A DNA stretch of 62,506 bases, filler included, from Rhabdomonas costata (GCA_019059605.1; 33 parts of 33 records of this genome joined end to end with filler, not necessarily neighbours in it); one strand, 5' to 3'; shown: positions 40,457 to 52,215, counted from the whole stretch's first letter. The notes: a model not told the origin generated them from the letters alone. Made by a program: numbers and translations.

Positions 40457-41424
40457 GTAAGCGTAGGCCTTCTCGATCAGCATCGGCCATAGCTCGGGCT
40501 GCTCCCCGCAGCGGGCGAACTGCAGAGTCTTCCCGTCGCCGAGCACGGACACAAAATCATCAACGATAACCCACTCCCACCCCCCGTTCTTGTAGAACAC
40601 CACGCCATAGATTCCGAAGGGGATGTTGTTGTACACGATTAGCCGGTCCAGGGGGTCGATGTGCGTCACGAAGGGCGCGCAGGCCAGGGAGCTGGCGGCT
40701 CCAATGAAGAAGCAGTCCCCCACTCCGCCTGGTGAGTCATGAGCATTGGTGTGTGTATGAATAACAGAAGCGGGAAGCGGGGGAAGGGAGAATAATGAAT
40801 TTTTTGCAGGGGGGGTTCAACGGGTACCGATTGTGGGCATTGGCCACTTGTTCAGTGGCGCAAGCCAGTCCGCTGAGCGCCTCGAGCGGGTGGCTTAGCC
40901 GCGACGACCCAAGGAGATGGCTTATACATCAGCCCACTGTTTCAATATTGGTGCTACCAAGATGACGTTGTTTCAATTTCAGGATGTCCTTTTTGATCCG
41001 TCAAACACTGCATCGGACCCAACATTTTGTAGAATAAGCTGGAGCGGCGCACTGCGTTCGGGGTCCCAAGGGGAAAACTTGCCCAGCCGAAACACACCAC
41101 ACGCACACGCAGACACACACAATCGTTGCGGGTTGTGGCCCATCCATTCGACCACATTTCCATTCACCAGAATCTCGCAATCACATGCATTGTGTGCTTT
41201 GTCTGCGGAATATGCATTCTTCCGCAACCACGAACCGTAGGCATAACCCTCCCCCTCCTCCCATCTCCGAAGAGAGGGCAATGTGCGTGCATGGGCAGGG
41301 GCGCATGGAGGCCCTGGTTGATGTCGTTGGCCTGAGAGCCGTCCTCGAAGAGTGGGGCCCCGGGGAAGATCTGGCTGAGCCGCGCGCACTGCTTGGGCTC
41401 CGTCACCGTGCAGTCCGGGGGACT
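40457..41424 (-). CDS. Calpain-family cysteine protease (CysPc) exons (41313-41424, 40457-40728)
   Basis: DINQG|GVGDCFFIGA (catalytic Cys), GIYGVVFYKNGGWEWVIVDD and ELWPMLIEKAYA. Confidence 0.9.
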
Positions 41425-41861
41425 CTGTGAGGAAGCCCAACATCGACGAGAGACAGTCGAAATCCCGCCGAGGGCATGGCCAACACAACAAAAATAGGTT
41501 AATCAAGGCATTCACACCCTCATGGCTACATGACATGCTCCCCCGGACCCCTTCCTCTAACGCCGTTTGAAAAGATCGCAAATGAGCTGAGAGGACTGTG
41601 CGCTTGAGTGGAAACCCGAGAGTAACCACAACAACCNNNNNNNNNNNNNNNNNNNNNNNNNNNNNNNNNNNNNNNNNNNNTTAATTAATTAANNNNNNNN
41701 NNNNNNNNNNNNNNNNNNNNNNNNNNNNNNNNNNNNAGGGGAGTCTCCACTTCAACGATGGGGCTCAGACAGTCTCTTTCGTTTTGGAAAAAGATGTTTC
41801 TGTTTGTTTGTGCTCATTGCGTCCCTCCTGACTTCCTTCCTCCGCTCGTGGACGCATGTAG

Positions 41862-42704
41862 AGTTTTGCTGAAGCTCCTTGCGCTTCGGATGTTTGTGGA
41901 GCTTGTGGTGGAGCGGAAGCTGTACCTGCGCCACCCCACGGCCCGACGAAGAGCCATTGAGCTCCAGGAGCAGCAGTTGCTTCAGAAGCAGGACTCGGGC
42001 ATTGGGGAGATGTCGCAGGTGAAGTCCGTCGTCCGTCGTGTGTTGGCAGCACCCCTTTCTCGCCTTCCTTCGATCTTCGCTTTGACTGGGAAGTTAGAAG
42101 TGCTACACCTGAAATCGTTTGTGGTTTTTCATATGCCGGTGTGCGGATTCAGTTTCGGTCTGTATTCTTCTTGTGAACATTCACAACATCTTTTCCTTGC
42201 TGTTGCTTGAAAGCACACCAACTGTCCCCAAGTCAAGAAGAAAAGCATGCCTTTTAGGTAGTGTAAGTTCTTTGGCAATTGGTATTTGCTACTCGCACCT
42301 GCCCGTCTGTTGTGGTGTTCCATTGAAATTGTTTGCTGGCTAAGCTATTCCACTATTTTTTAGCATGTTAGATTTCGAAAATCACCGGGAGAATGCTGCT
42401 GTCTTTTTCAGATCCACTATCCCTTCCCACAGCCCCACAGGACCTACGTCAGCAGTCAAAGCAGCAGTGGCAGCGACAGGGGCTTCCAGGCTCGCCGCAG
42501 GGGATCGACTCGGGCGTCCACCGCACAAGGGCGCAGAGAACAACGGCGTTCGCCGCTGCGCTCGCGTTCGAGGTCGGCATCCAGGTCCAGGTCCAGATCC
42601 TGGTCGAGGTCCAAATCGCGGTCACGGTCCAGATCGAGATCCAGATCCAGGTCAAGGTCCAAGTCCAGATCATCAGAGTCCCCGCCTCCTCAATATGGAA
42701 GCAG
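41862..42704 (+). CDS. RS (Arg/Ser-rich) domain protein exons (41862-42018, 42412-42704)
   Basis: A frame absent from the ORF track reads RSRSRSASRSRSRSWSRSKSRSRSRSRSRSRSRSKSRSS with varied synonymous codons. It is AG/GT-bounded and in phase with the upstream exon. Confidence 0.75.
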
Positions 42705-43812
42705 GTGTGTTAGCGAGCATCCCTGGCTTTTGTTAAAGCCTCCTTCCCCCTTGAAGTCGCGCTACTTATCGGTCCCCGAAATATGGTAGCACATTGTCCG
42801 TATTGCAGCTCTTCGGGGCGATGGTTTCGCAAGCCGCCCTTGGAAAAGAAGCCCCCGCGGGGTGTTCTTGTGGTTTGGGGTTTGGGGGGTTTCACTTCAG
42901 GCCAGGAAGGATGTCCTCCTCCCGCGTGTCCAGGCGCTCTGATGTGCGTCCTTCCTCCGCGGTGGAGAGTGGCCGGCGAAGGGTACACACGCCATCTCCG
43001 GGGTCGCGCATCAATACTTGCACGCCAACACACACAGGCCCATCGTTGCCCACCGAGGGCGGTGTTCCAGTCCTCATGGGAAGTTGTCTCGGTCGCTTGT
43101 TTGGTGCACCAAAGCAGAGCATTGTGGAGTAGATTTACAGGGAAGGGGGTAGAGGGGCCGGTCGGCTGTTTCCATCCTGTTTGTCGCTTACAGAAGGATT
43201 GGGGACAGAAGAGGAAAGTTGAATGAAAGGTTGAAAGGGGTTCTCACTCTTGCAAATTGTTCTTTGGCCTGCTTTATTTTAATCTTTACTTTAATGGTAG
43301 TGGCTGTCCTTGCTCATTCCTCAAATGGACGTTTTGAGTAGCTTATTGATTGTTGGTACTGGGTGAACTTGTTGCGGTGATGTCTTTTCATGCTGCTCGC
43401 ACGCAGCCTTCAGAACCAGTCCGGGCACCAGCTGAGCTTTCGGCTACCGATACTCAGGTGGTGCCCGGACTGGTTCTGAAGGCTGCGTGCGAGCAGCATG
43501 AAAAGACATCACCGCAACAAGTTCACCCACAAANNNNNNNNNNNNNNNNNNNNNNNNNNNNNNNNNNNNNNNNNNNNTTAATTAATTAANNNNNNNNNNN
43601 NNNNNNNNNNNNNNNNNNNNNNNNNNNNNNNNNGGTGTTGGGGCCATCCGAGTGTGAGGAGGATCTTGAGCTGAAAGGGCATTTTCCCACACTGCCCATT
43701 TCAGCACCAAGAGTAAGCAAGTCAACAAGCAAACAAGTAGAAGAGAACTGCGATTCGGCATCCACCGAACAAGCGATTATTCGTGCGAATGTGGGGTTGT
43801 GTGTTTTATGAG

Positions 43813-44824
43813 TCGATGGACGGCTTGAAGGACGAGTGTTGGAGCAGGGATTTCGTGATGCACAAAGAATACTGGAGGCCAGTTGGTGTGAGTAGCCATA
43901 CCATCGGGTTGCTTTGTTCCCATTGTGTGTTGGCCGTCCCCCCTTTATTGCCTCGCAACAAACTTCCCGAGGGGGAAAAGCAAAAGGGCACGTGCACATG
44001 CTCCCTTCTCAGGTGCTTCCCATGTGTGTCATGGACAAGTCTTATTTCCGGCAGTTCGACAATGCGTCTTGGAGCCAGCCTTACTTTGTTGCGAGCGACA
44101 GGCAGTCGTCGAATCTCAAGCTGGCCACACTGGCCCAGGTCCCCATCCTTTGCTCCGCTGCCACCACTCGCCAGTCGATGTGAAGAGTCGGTTCAGAAAT
44201 AGGTAGAGATTGAAGGGACGCATTTTTGTCATGCCCAAAGATCTGCGGTTGTTTAAACTCTTCTGTGGTGCCACTATGGGCGCCTTCGAGGAGGGCGCTG
44301 ACACGATGAATTCTCCTTTCCACTGCATGGGTTGCTTCCCCCCCTTCCTGTTTTCTTTTTACGATGCTGCGGCGCCTCACTCCATCACAGCTCCTGACCA
44401 AAACGACAAGATACTGTGTGTTATCCAGAAACCTCTTTGGAACATTTTATATGGGAGGTCACGGGAATAGTTATATGCCTGTTTTGTTATGCTTGTTTTG
44501 GGGGGCTGCGCGGAGTGGTGAGCATTGGCTGAGCTTCCTTTTCTGTATTTGAAATGGGGAATGAGGTGTTGGGCTGCTCAGGATGGGGGTCGGTTCTACC
44601 GGTCCAGTGAGTTTGCCAGTGAGGAGGGCATGCTGGTGGAGTTTTGGCTGTGCGTGGGCGCTCGGGTGTTCGTGGGCAACGCCTTCAGCACGATGTCTCT
44701 TAACATCTGCGGAGTGAGGTCGGCGCTGGGCAAGCCCTGTGCGGCGAACATGCAGTACATTGCTGCGAAGTTCCCGTGTTTCCCTCACCCCGACTTTGAT
44801 AAGATCTACACCCCCACGCTCTGA
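43813..44824 (+). CDS. O-fucosyltransferase-like glycosyltransferase, C-terminal exons (43813-43881, 44013-44138, 44582-44824)
   Basis: YFVASD and LVEFWLCVGARVFVGNAFSTMS resemble GDP-fucose-binding motifs. Ends at TGA 44822-44824. Confidence 0.6.
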
Positions 44825-47131
44825 AAGACTTCCGACAAGTGTTTGCCTGAAGCCCCCCAATCAAAGGCAGACGCCTGACCTCCAGCTTAGCATAAAGAAC
44901 CGGATCCCAGTTGGGAGATGGTGGAGACCGAGTGGGGATGGGGAAGGTGGTGGTTTCCACTCTGTCCCCCACACCCCTCGCTGCAGGAGCCGCAGCACCA
45001 AAACTGCGAACGAGGCTCGTTTCTCGCCGTGGGTGTTTCTTACCACGGCTGCCGGATGGGTGCCCTTCGAATCTCCTGAATAGATGAAGGGGAAACCTGC
45101 ACAACGCCTCATTGGATAGATGGCCGATGGGCGCTGTGCAGCAGAGTGGTGGAGTGATGAACAGAGTGGTGGCACCTATTTGACCTTTTCGTGCGATCGC
45201 GTGGGGCCTTCTCCTCTTGACTTTTGAGTGTGTTGTTGATCGAAAATGGGGCGAACACTGTTGCTGCTAATACGTCCGTGTTTTGGGTAAGTTTGTTTTG
45301 CGGGTTTAGCGTCCACAAGAATTCAAATGCCCCCCTCTTGAGTAGGGCAACCGCAAGCTCGCAACGTCGACGTTGCAAGCTTGCGGTTGCCCTACTCAAG
45401 AGGGGGGCATTTGAATTCTTGTGGACGCTAANNNNNNNNNNNNNNNNNNNNNNNNNNNNNNNNNNNNNNNNNNNNTTAATTAATTAANNNNNNNNNNNNN
45501 NNNNNNNNNNNNNNNNNNNNNNNNNNNNNNNTAATTGTGATTAGTGTGGTAGATTTGTTCATTGTTTTTTCTCCGCCAGATTTTCGGTGGTAGTGAGGGG
45601 TGATGGTCAAACAACACCCCCCTGTGTTGACGTATTTTGTAGGGATCATTGTGTAGTGTTTGTGGTGGGACAGTTTGCTGGTTCGGTGCGGTACTCGTGC
45701 AGTACGCTGCGGTGCACTCGTCGTGCCACTTTCATTTTCGTTTGCGCAACGTGGTAAATTCACATTTGCTCAATGGATGGGTGGAAATGTGACAATGAGT
45801 TTGTGTTCATGGCTGCTCCAGCTCCTCAAAGAATGGTTATTCAGCTGAACATCCATCGTTCATTTTCTCCACCTTGTGATCAGCATCACCAGTTTCGCAT
45901 GACAAAAGAGGCCTAACACTCCTAATGTTTAATTAGGAACTGCGACGAATCACCGTGCACTGTTTCTGTATCTTCATTGAGCTTTTCTTTAGGCGCATTC
46001 AAAGGATGGCTACAGCAAGGATACTTGCGGGATGTGGAAGAGACAATGCTTACTGGCGGAGCACGCACGCAGAGAGCCGAGGCCTGAGAGAAGCATCGAA
46101 GAAGCGTCCAGCAATCGTCAATCGGGTCGCATGCCCGAATCGCATGCATGCCTTTTTGCTCCAGAGTTTCAGCTGCCTGCAAACTCCAAGCTTCAGGTCA
46201 TTTTTTCCATGGAACCGGCCATGTGCTGTCTTTTGTCGTCTTTGTTCTGGTCTTTGGTTTTGCTTGCGGCCTTGGCGGGTAGCATGTGCCTCCGCAAATG
46301 TGTTTTGTGCCTGTTCCTTTCCGTCTTTCAACGCGTTGTGCGCCCTTCCGCCCGCGTGCCCGTGGAAGCTTGCGAAAGCAGCCGCCCACCGGCACTTAAA
46401 TTGCCCTGATTGTGGCTGTTTACCCGTTTTGTCTGGGAGTTGCTACGGCGGGGTCGGGGCATACCTGCCCCGCCCTGGTCCGGAAATCGCGCGCGCGAGC
46501 TTGCAGCACAAAATACGTGGCACATATCCATGACGGAACCACAGCTGCAAAAGCCGCCGGGATTGTCATAGGGTCTGAAAGAAGAGAGATCGTCCAGAAG
46601 AGTTTCCCGCCCCCACACTTTCCAAGCCCAAAAGTTTCAAAATCTTTTCGAAGAGGCCCACCACCCCGCGAGCCATCCGGAATCCGATGTCGATTTTCCT
46701 CTTCCACCGAAAAATTCCCACAGCACCAAATCTTCCCAGCCATTCCGTGAATCCATCGTGGTGAGGGGCGGGGGGGGGGGCAGTGGACAAAGGAGGCAAG
46801 CAGGGTAGCAGTGTGACGATGAATACCCGCCTTCGGACGACAGCACGTCAGGCCTATAGGATTTGAACCTAAGCACGCTAAAAGCAGTCACCTTCATGGA
46901 GGGACCAAAGTGCAAGACCAGTCATTTCAGACGGGTGGTGAACAAAAAACGAGAAAGTGCATGACAAGGCACGAAACACCTGCGTCCATTACAGAGGGTC
47001 TTGTATGTGGGTTTGTGGCAATGACAGATTCATAGGGCATAGATTCAGGAAATTCCATGAACTTGGAGCGCTGCATAAGTGTGCGATGAAAACGTAAAGT
47101 TACTCCCTTCACGTTTACGGCTGCGCGGCGA

Positions 47132-47295
47132 CGTTCAGCCCCTTCACCGAGATCATCCCTTCGCTGCTTACAACGATGGGCTGCCCCAGAAGGATCTGGT
47201 CGCAGATCTCTCCCTGCGTGCCAGCGGAGGCTGTGCAGTGGGCAACGTAGTAGTCCCCAAAGTGGTGGTCACTGTTCCCGATGTGCACCACCAGC
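47132..47295 (-). CDS. Hypothetical exon (LVVHIGNSDHHFGDYYVAHC...)
   Basis: AG/GT-bounded open frame with GC3-rich codons. Confidence 0.4.
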
Positions 47296-47427
47296 CTGAC
47301 AAGACACCCATACGGATACCAAAAACANNNNNNNNNNNNNNNNNNNNNNNNNNNNNNNNNNNNNNNNNNNNTTAATTAATTAANNNNNNNNNNNNNNNNN
47401 NNNNNNNNNNNNNNNNNNNNNNNNNNN

Positions 47428-47651
47428 GGGTTTTGTGCATATTTTTTCTCTTCTGTATTGTGACTCGTTATTTCACATGCATCTATTCCTTCAAGTCGAA
47501 TTACAAAATTACAAGGTTCATCAAATGGAATGAACACCGCATGAATTGTGTCGCCATCATGGATTTTTACAACTTTGGCTTTAAATATTTTATTTTTAAA
47601 TGAAAATTTCGGTGTTCTGTCAGTACATCGTTCAAGTATATCTTCAATCAT
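47428..47651 (-). CDS. Thermonuclease (staphylococcal nuclease-like), N-terminal part; probably giant-virus
   Basis: AKVVKIHDGDTI and IRLEGIDACE are SNase motifs, preceded by a TPKFSF segment. AT-rich, intronless and truncated at the contig end. Confidence 0.85.
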
Positions 47652-47757
47652 TATATAATATTATTATAATATAATAATATAATATTTAAGAACATACATG
47701 ATGTTATTATACCATAATTTTGTATAAATAAATAAATTTAAAAAAAAAGTATGGATT

Positions 47758-48459
47758 ATGAAAAATATATTTTATATGATAACAATAATGATAACATTAA
47801 CATATAGTCGTTTTATAACAATAATAATATTAACAATAATGATTACATCATTAATGACATGTTTATTTGTGTTTAGAAGACCAAATATATATAGAAATAA
47901 AGTGAAATATAATAAATTTAAATCATTAATAAAATCTGGTGATCTTATTTTATTTATTCATAAATATCCACACATACCAATTTATATTTTTGGTGATGAA
48001 TTTTCTCATATTGGAATTGTTTATAAAAAAGATAATATACCGTATATACTTGAATATACAGATCAAACAAATATTTCTTTATTACCTCTCGAACAACGTT
48101 TATATGAATACAAAGGTAAATGTATTTTAAAACAATTAAATAAACCATTAGACGATGAACGTTTAATAAAATATGATGATATTATTGAAGAAGTATATAA
48201 TAAAGCAAATAAAACAGCACCGCCAAAAATATATTTAGGTACATGTTTAAATTTATTACCAATACGACATCAAGAAGGTCGTTATATGTCTGTTACATGT
48301 TCATCATTAGTTGCTCATATATTAACAGAACTTGAAGTAATGAAATTAAAAAAAAATGTTGGTTGTACACGTCCACAATGTTTTATTTCAAAATTTACAG
48401 TACATGATTTTATGGATGGTTATTTTTATAATCGTAATGAATATGAATTGATTGTATAA
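47758..48459 (+). CDS. Permuted papain-like NlpC/P60 protein (YiiX/YaeF-like) with N-terminal membrane anchor; probably giant-virus
   Basis: KSGDLILF, FSHIGIV (His) upstream of TCSSLVAHIL (Cys), i.e. circularly permuted catalytic order. Complete 233-aa ORF. Confidence 0.8.
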   Translation: MKNIFYMITIMITLTYSRFITIIILTIMITSLMTCLFVFRRPNIYRNKVKYNKFKSLIKSGDLILFIHKYPHIPIYIFGDEFSHIGIVYKKDNIPYILEYTDQTNISLLPLEQRLYEYKGKCILKQLNKPLDDERLIKYDDIIEEVYNKANKTAPPKIYLGTCLNLLPIRHQEGRYMSVTCSSLVAHILTELEVMKLKKNVGCTRPQCFISKFTVHDFMDGYFYNRNEYELIV

Positions 48460-48460
48460 C

Positions 48461-48487
48461 TTAATAAATTAAATTTTAATTTATTAA
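48461..48487. terminator. Perfect AT palindrome between convergent stop codons (Mimiviridae-type 3'-end hairpin)
   Basis: TTAATAAATTAAA-T-TTTAATTTATTAA has 13-bp perfect arms. It starts 2 nt after the stop of 47758-48459 and overlaps the stop of the convergent ORF. Confidence 0.7.
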
Positions 48488-49150
48488 TCATCAAAAGAAG
48501 GAAAAGAAGTCAGATTACTACATTGTTCTAATTTACTCGGATATATTAAATATAAAATATCATAAAATGTTTTACTGTTTGTTATAATTTTTTCTGTCTC
48601 TCTATCTGTTTTCTTTAAGTAAGAATAATGTGTAATTTTAAAATTAAAATATTTAATAAAAATAAATAAGAAATGACAAGCATGAATAATACCAGAATAT
48701 ACAATTCCATTTGTAATATAATCTTTATCTATAAAACGTCTCATAAATAACATATCTGTTAATACACAACCAATATCAAGATAAGAAATATTTATCTTTT
48801 TTAACGAGATCATCAATGTTGTTAAAATATGTAATATATCTTTTTCATCATTACCATAAATTGGTTCTTTTCCTTCTCTAATATTAATTTCATCAACATT
48901 ATGTAATAATTTGTTAATATTTTGATGAATAAATTTAATAATATAATCTCGTTGTTTCATGAATTTATTAAACACATACATAATTTGTGTATCAATGTAT
49001 TTATTAAAAAATATTTTATTTTTATCATTATTGTATTTTTCTCTTATTTTATATAATAAATTTATTGTATTTTGTATAGATGATGATTTTTTTGTATTTT
49101 GTGATAATACAACACTTTTTTTTGTATTTTTATATTTATTTCTATTTTTA
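48484..49150 (-). CDS. Hypothetical protein, C-terminal part, Mimiviridae-like family
   Basis: DMLFMRRFIDKDYITNGIVYSGIIH resembles, from recall, a conserved Mimiviridae hypothetical family. The frame stays open upstream of the ORF-track start towards the contig-end fold-back. Confidence 0.6.
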
Positions 49151-49324
49151 TAAATAATGTCATATAATATATTTATAAAAATAGAAATAAATATAAAAAT
49201 ACAAAAAAAAGTGTTGTATTATCANNNNNNNNNNNNNNNNNNNNNNNNNNNNNNNNNNNNNNNNNNNNTTAATTAATTAANNNNNNNNNNNNNNNNNNNN
49301 NNNNNNNNNNNNNNNNNNNNNNNN

Positions 49325-49950
49325 GGGGGTGGGGGAGGGGTATGTCTTGGGCTCCGAGCGGTGCCTCCTGTCCTGCGTCCAGACGTTCCACGCAAGAATA
49401 AAGCGGAGCCCGCCAGCACGCACCAGTGGCGGAGCGGTTAATCCACTGGTCGATGACCATGTCGTTGGGACGCCGCTCACTAGCAGACTTCCATTGCCGA
49501 AGACGTAGGGCATGGCTTACAGCATGAGCCCACGCCGCGGCCGCCACAGTCTGCAGGTCAAAGGTGGTGTTGAGGTGGTCACCTTCAGATGCCCAGGTCC
49601 AGTCCAAGGAGTGCAAGGTCTCCAGGATGAGTCCGACGGGACCATGAGCGCGGACGCAGTGTCGAGCGCGAACCAGCAGGATCAGCTGCCGTAGGTCAGG
49701 ACAAGGGGAGTACATGCGCTGGAATGCCACCAGACGCCGGTATGGCAACGCTTGTTGAGGATCATGGTGTCCCGGCGCGAGCAAGGTGAGGACAATCTCT
49801 TTGCAGCGGCTCTTCTTCGAGAAACCCCATAGCGCTAGCATCGCGGCGTGCGTGAGGTTCGTCATGTGCAACCGGCTGAGCCGTGTGACATCGGTGCCGT
49901 AAAAAGTACTCTCTTGTTGATGATGATAAACCGTCCAATGGCCTTGGATT
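49325..49950 (-). mobile_element. Degenerate non-LTR retrotransposon ORF fragment (post-RT region)
   Basis: Intronless frame with GPVGLILETLHSLDWTW and HALRLRQWK...RRPND, resembling post-RT regions of protist LINE-like elements. Confidence 0.4.
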
Positions 49951-49989
49951 AAGCTTAACTGGTTGGTCTCCAAACCTCCAATGCCTTGC

Positions 49990-50950
49990 TGATCCACATT
50001 GACATCCTGGCCCACGCTGAACTTGTAATCTGCCCTCTTGCGATTGGAATAGGCTGCGGCCTTCTGCTTTTCTATGTCAAATGCTTCCGCATCTTCATCC
50101 AAACTGCCTTCATTATCTTGACCTGGTACATCACTGGAGCTCTCGCTGCTCCTGGATCTGTCTCTGCGGTCTCTTTGCAGGTCACAACAAAACACTGGAT
50201 GATACCCGTAGCTGATGTAGAAGGGACTTTAGTCCTTGTTTGAGATAGGTGCACTGCAGACCGCAATCTCCACCAACACCAAAAGGTCCATCCAACCCGT
50301 GCTCTGATGCGAATACATCAGCGTGGTCATCACCTGCATCATGGTCTGATTGGTTCGCTTTGCTTTCTCGTTTGTCTGTGGATGGTATGGCGAGGATCTT
50401 CTGCTCTGGGTGTCTAAGAAAGCCATCAAATCTCTCCAGAAAAACGACATGAAGATCAAATCTCTGTCACTCACTATACTTCTCGGCAACCCATGATGTC
50501 TGACCACTTCCCACAAAAACAACTCCGCACTCATCTGATTGTGGCATGGTATCAGAACCGCAATCTTGGTTGCCAGATCCGTGACTGTCAAGACCTCGTT
50601 CACCTTTCCGTTTCAAGCCTTTACCATAAAACTTCCACGGATCTGGCGGCATGGAAACGAAATCCATCGATATAGATTCCAATTTTCTCACTGGCATCTC
50701 AAAAACCTTTGTGTAACCTCTCGGCAAATGGTGTTCCTCTTTGCATCTTTGGCAAACATCACAAGTACGCTCGTAAGCTCGTAAATTTATTTTAATGTTA
50801 TTGAACGTGTACGTCCTCTTGAACATGGCGGCCGTCCTGTCCACTCCACAAAAACCTACCGCGGGTGAGTCGTGGTACCTTGAAATCACCTCTTGTTCTC
50901 TCTTGATTGGCACTACAATCCTTCCCTACTCCCAAAATCTGCCATGGTGC
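49990..50950 (-). mobile_element. Ty3/gypsy LTR retrotransposon integrase, pseudogenised
   Basis: Zn-binding YHDSP...CDVCQRCK, core SMDFV, IVSDRD and SSPYHPQT...RTNQT, then NRKRADYKFSVGQDV. Broken by frameshifts and stops. Confidence 0.88.
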
Positions 50951-52215
50951 CACTTCTTCGGATACAAAATCTCCGCTGTAGTCAAGTTGAAGTACCTCTT
51001 ACTAACTATTGGATCTAACCATTAATCTGGCCACTAATCGTCTTGCTACCACTCTGATGCTACACTCAGTTGTGCACAGAGTGGTCCATCAAATATCAGT
51101 GTTGCAAAACACAAAACCAACNNNNNNNNNNNNNNNNNNNNNNNNNNNNNNNNNNNNNNNNNNNNTTAATTAATTAANNNNNNNNNNNNNNNNNNNNNNN
51201 NNNNNNNNNNNNNNNNNNNNNGTGTTTGTGGGTGTGTTTGGGGTGTTGGTGATTCACACCGTCAAGTTGATACCAACTGTTGTTGCTAATAACTAGTTGC
51301 TCTTCATATCAATTGGTATCAACTTGACGGTGTGAATCTCTAACGCTCCTTCCTCCAACCGCTGCCTAAACCAGTGAGACCCCCTTCCTTTCTTCGCTCC
51401 TGTTTTGGTCTCACTCCTGTGCTGCCAGCTGTGGGCCTCTGGCTGCTCTTGACATCAAATACCACGCATTATCTTAAAAGATGAAATTTTGCCGTCCCCA
51501 GCCGCTCCGCAATACGATGGGACCCCTTCTTTTCTTCGCTCCTTCTGTGGTCTCACTCCCAGGTGTCCACTCAGATGCCCGCCGTCGAAGAGGTGGATAC
51601 CACAGAGGTTCAGACAGAGAAGGTACGACCGCCCCCTTCTCCTCCTTCATTTACATGGTTCTCTTGCTTGTAATTTTTTAGAGTACACCTAAGCTTTGCC
51701 ATCGTTCCTGAGGGCCTTGGGGCTGTTCTGGAAGCCCACCGAACTGTTGGTCGAGGGTGGGCGTTGCCCCGCTTATCACTGCCAACTGCCAAAACCTTAA
51801 GCGGTGCTTAACGTTTAATGCCACCACACTCCAAAAAACAACAGCTCCGAAAACTGCCGAGGACGTTTTTTTACAACCAATGCCGCAAGTCTCAAGCGAG
51901 TGGCCTTACTTAGGGGTGAGTACCTTTTCCGACTCCAGGCATTTCAAAAGCAAGTCAAAGCAGCGTTTCTGAGGGTCTTGGGCTGTTCTGCAAACCACCG
52001 GGGTTGGTTGTCGTTTGCCATGAAAATGGCTTAGGATGATTTTTGCCGTTCAAAATTGTGTACCTTGGGTTGAATCAGTCTTTCACGTCCTTCTCCACTC
52101 TCCTTTTTCTTCCCCCCTCTACCGTTGCTCGAGGTGATTTCTTAGCCCCGATACCCTACACTTTGCCATTGATGTAAGCTAATTTCCCGTGGTTCGTGCC
52201 GCGTGCGTGTTCCAG

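Noticed and set aside
42393-42736. ORF-track proteins with (DL)n, (WI/WT)n, (QV)n or (GP/DP)n repeats
   Set aside because: These are alternative frames of the RS-domain exon.
47652-47757. Mimivirus early promoter AAAATTGA in the divergent intergenic region
   Set aside because: No exact match on either strand; only general AT richness.
49102-49224. Terminal inverted repeat as a viral genome hairpin end
   Set aside because: Perfect arms interrupt an ORF at the contig end, which is more simply a fold-back chimera.
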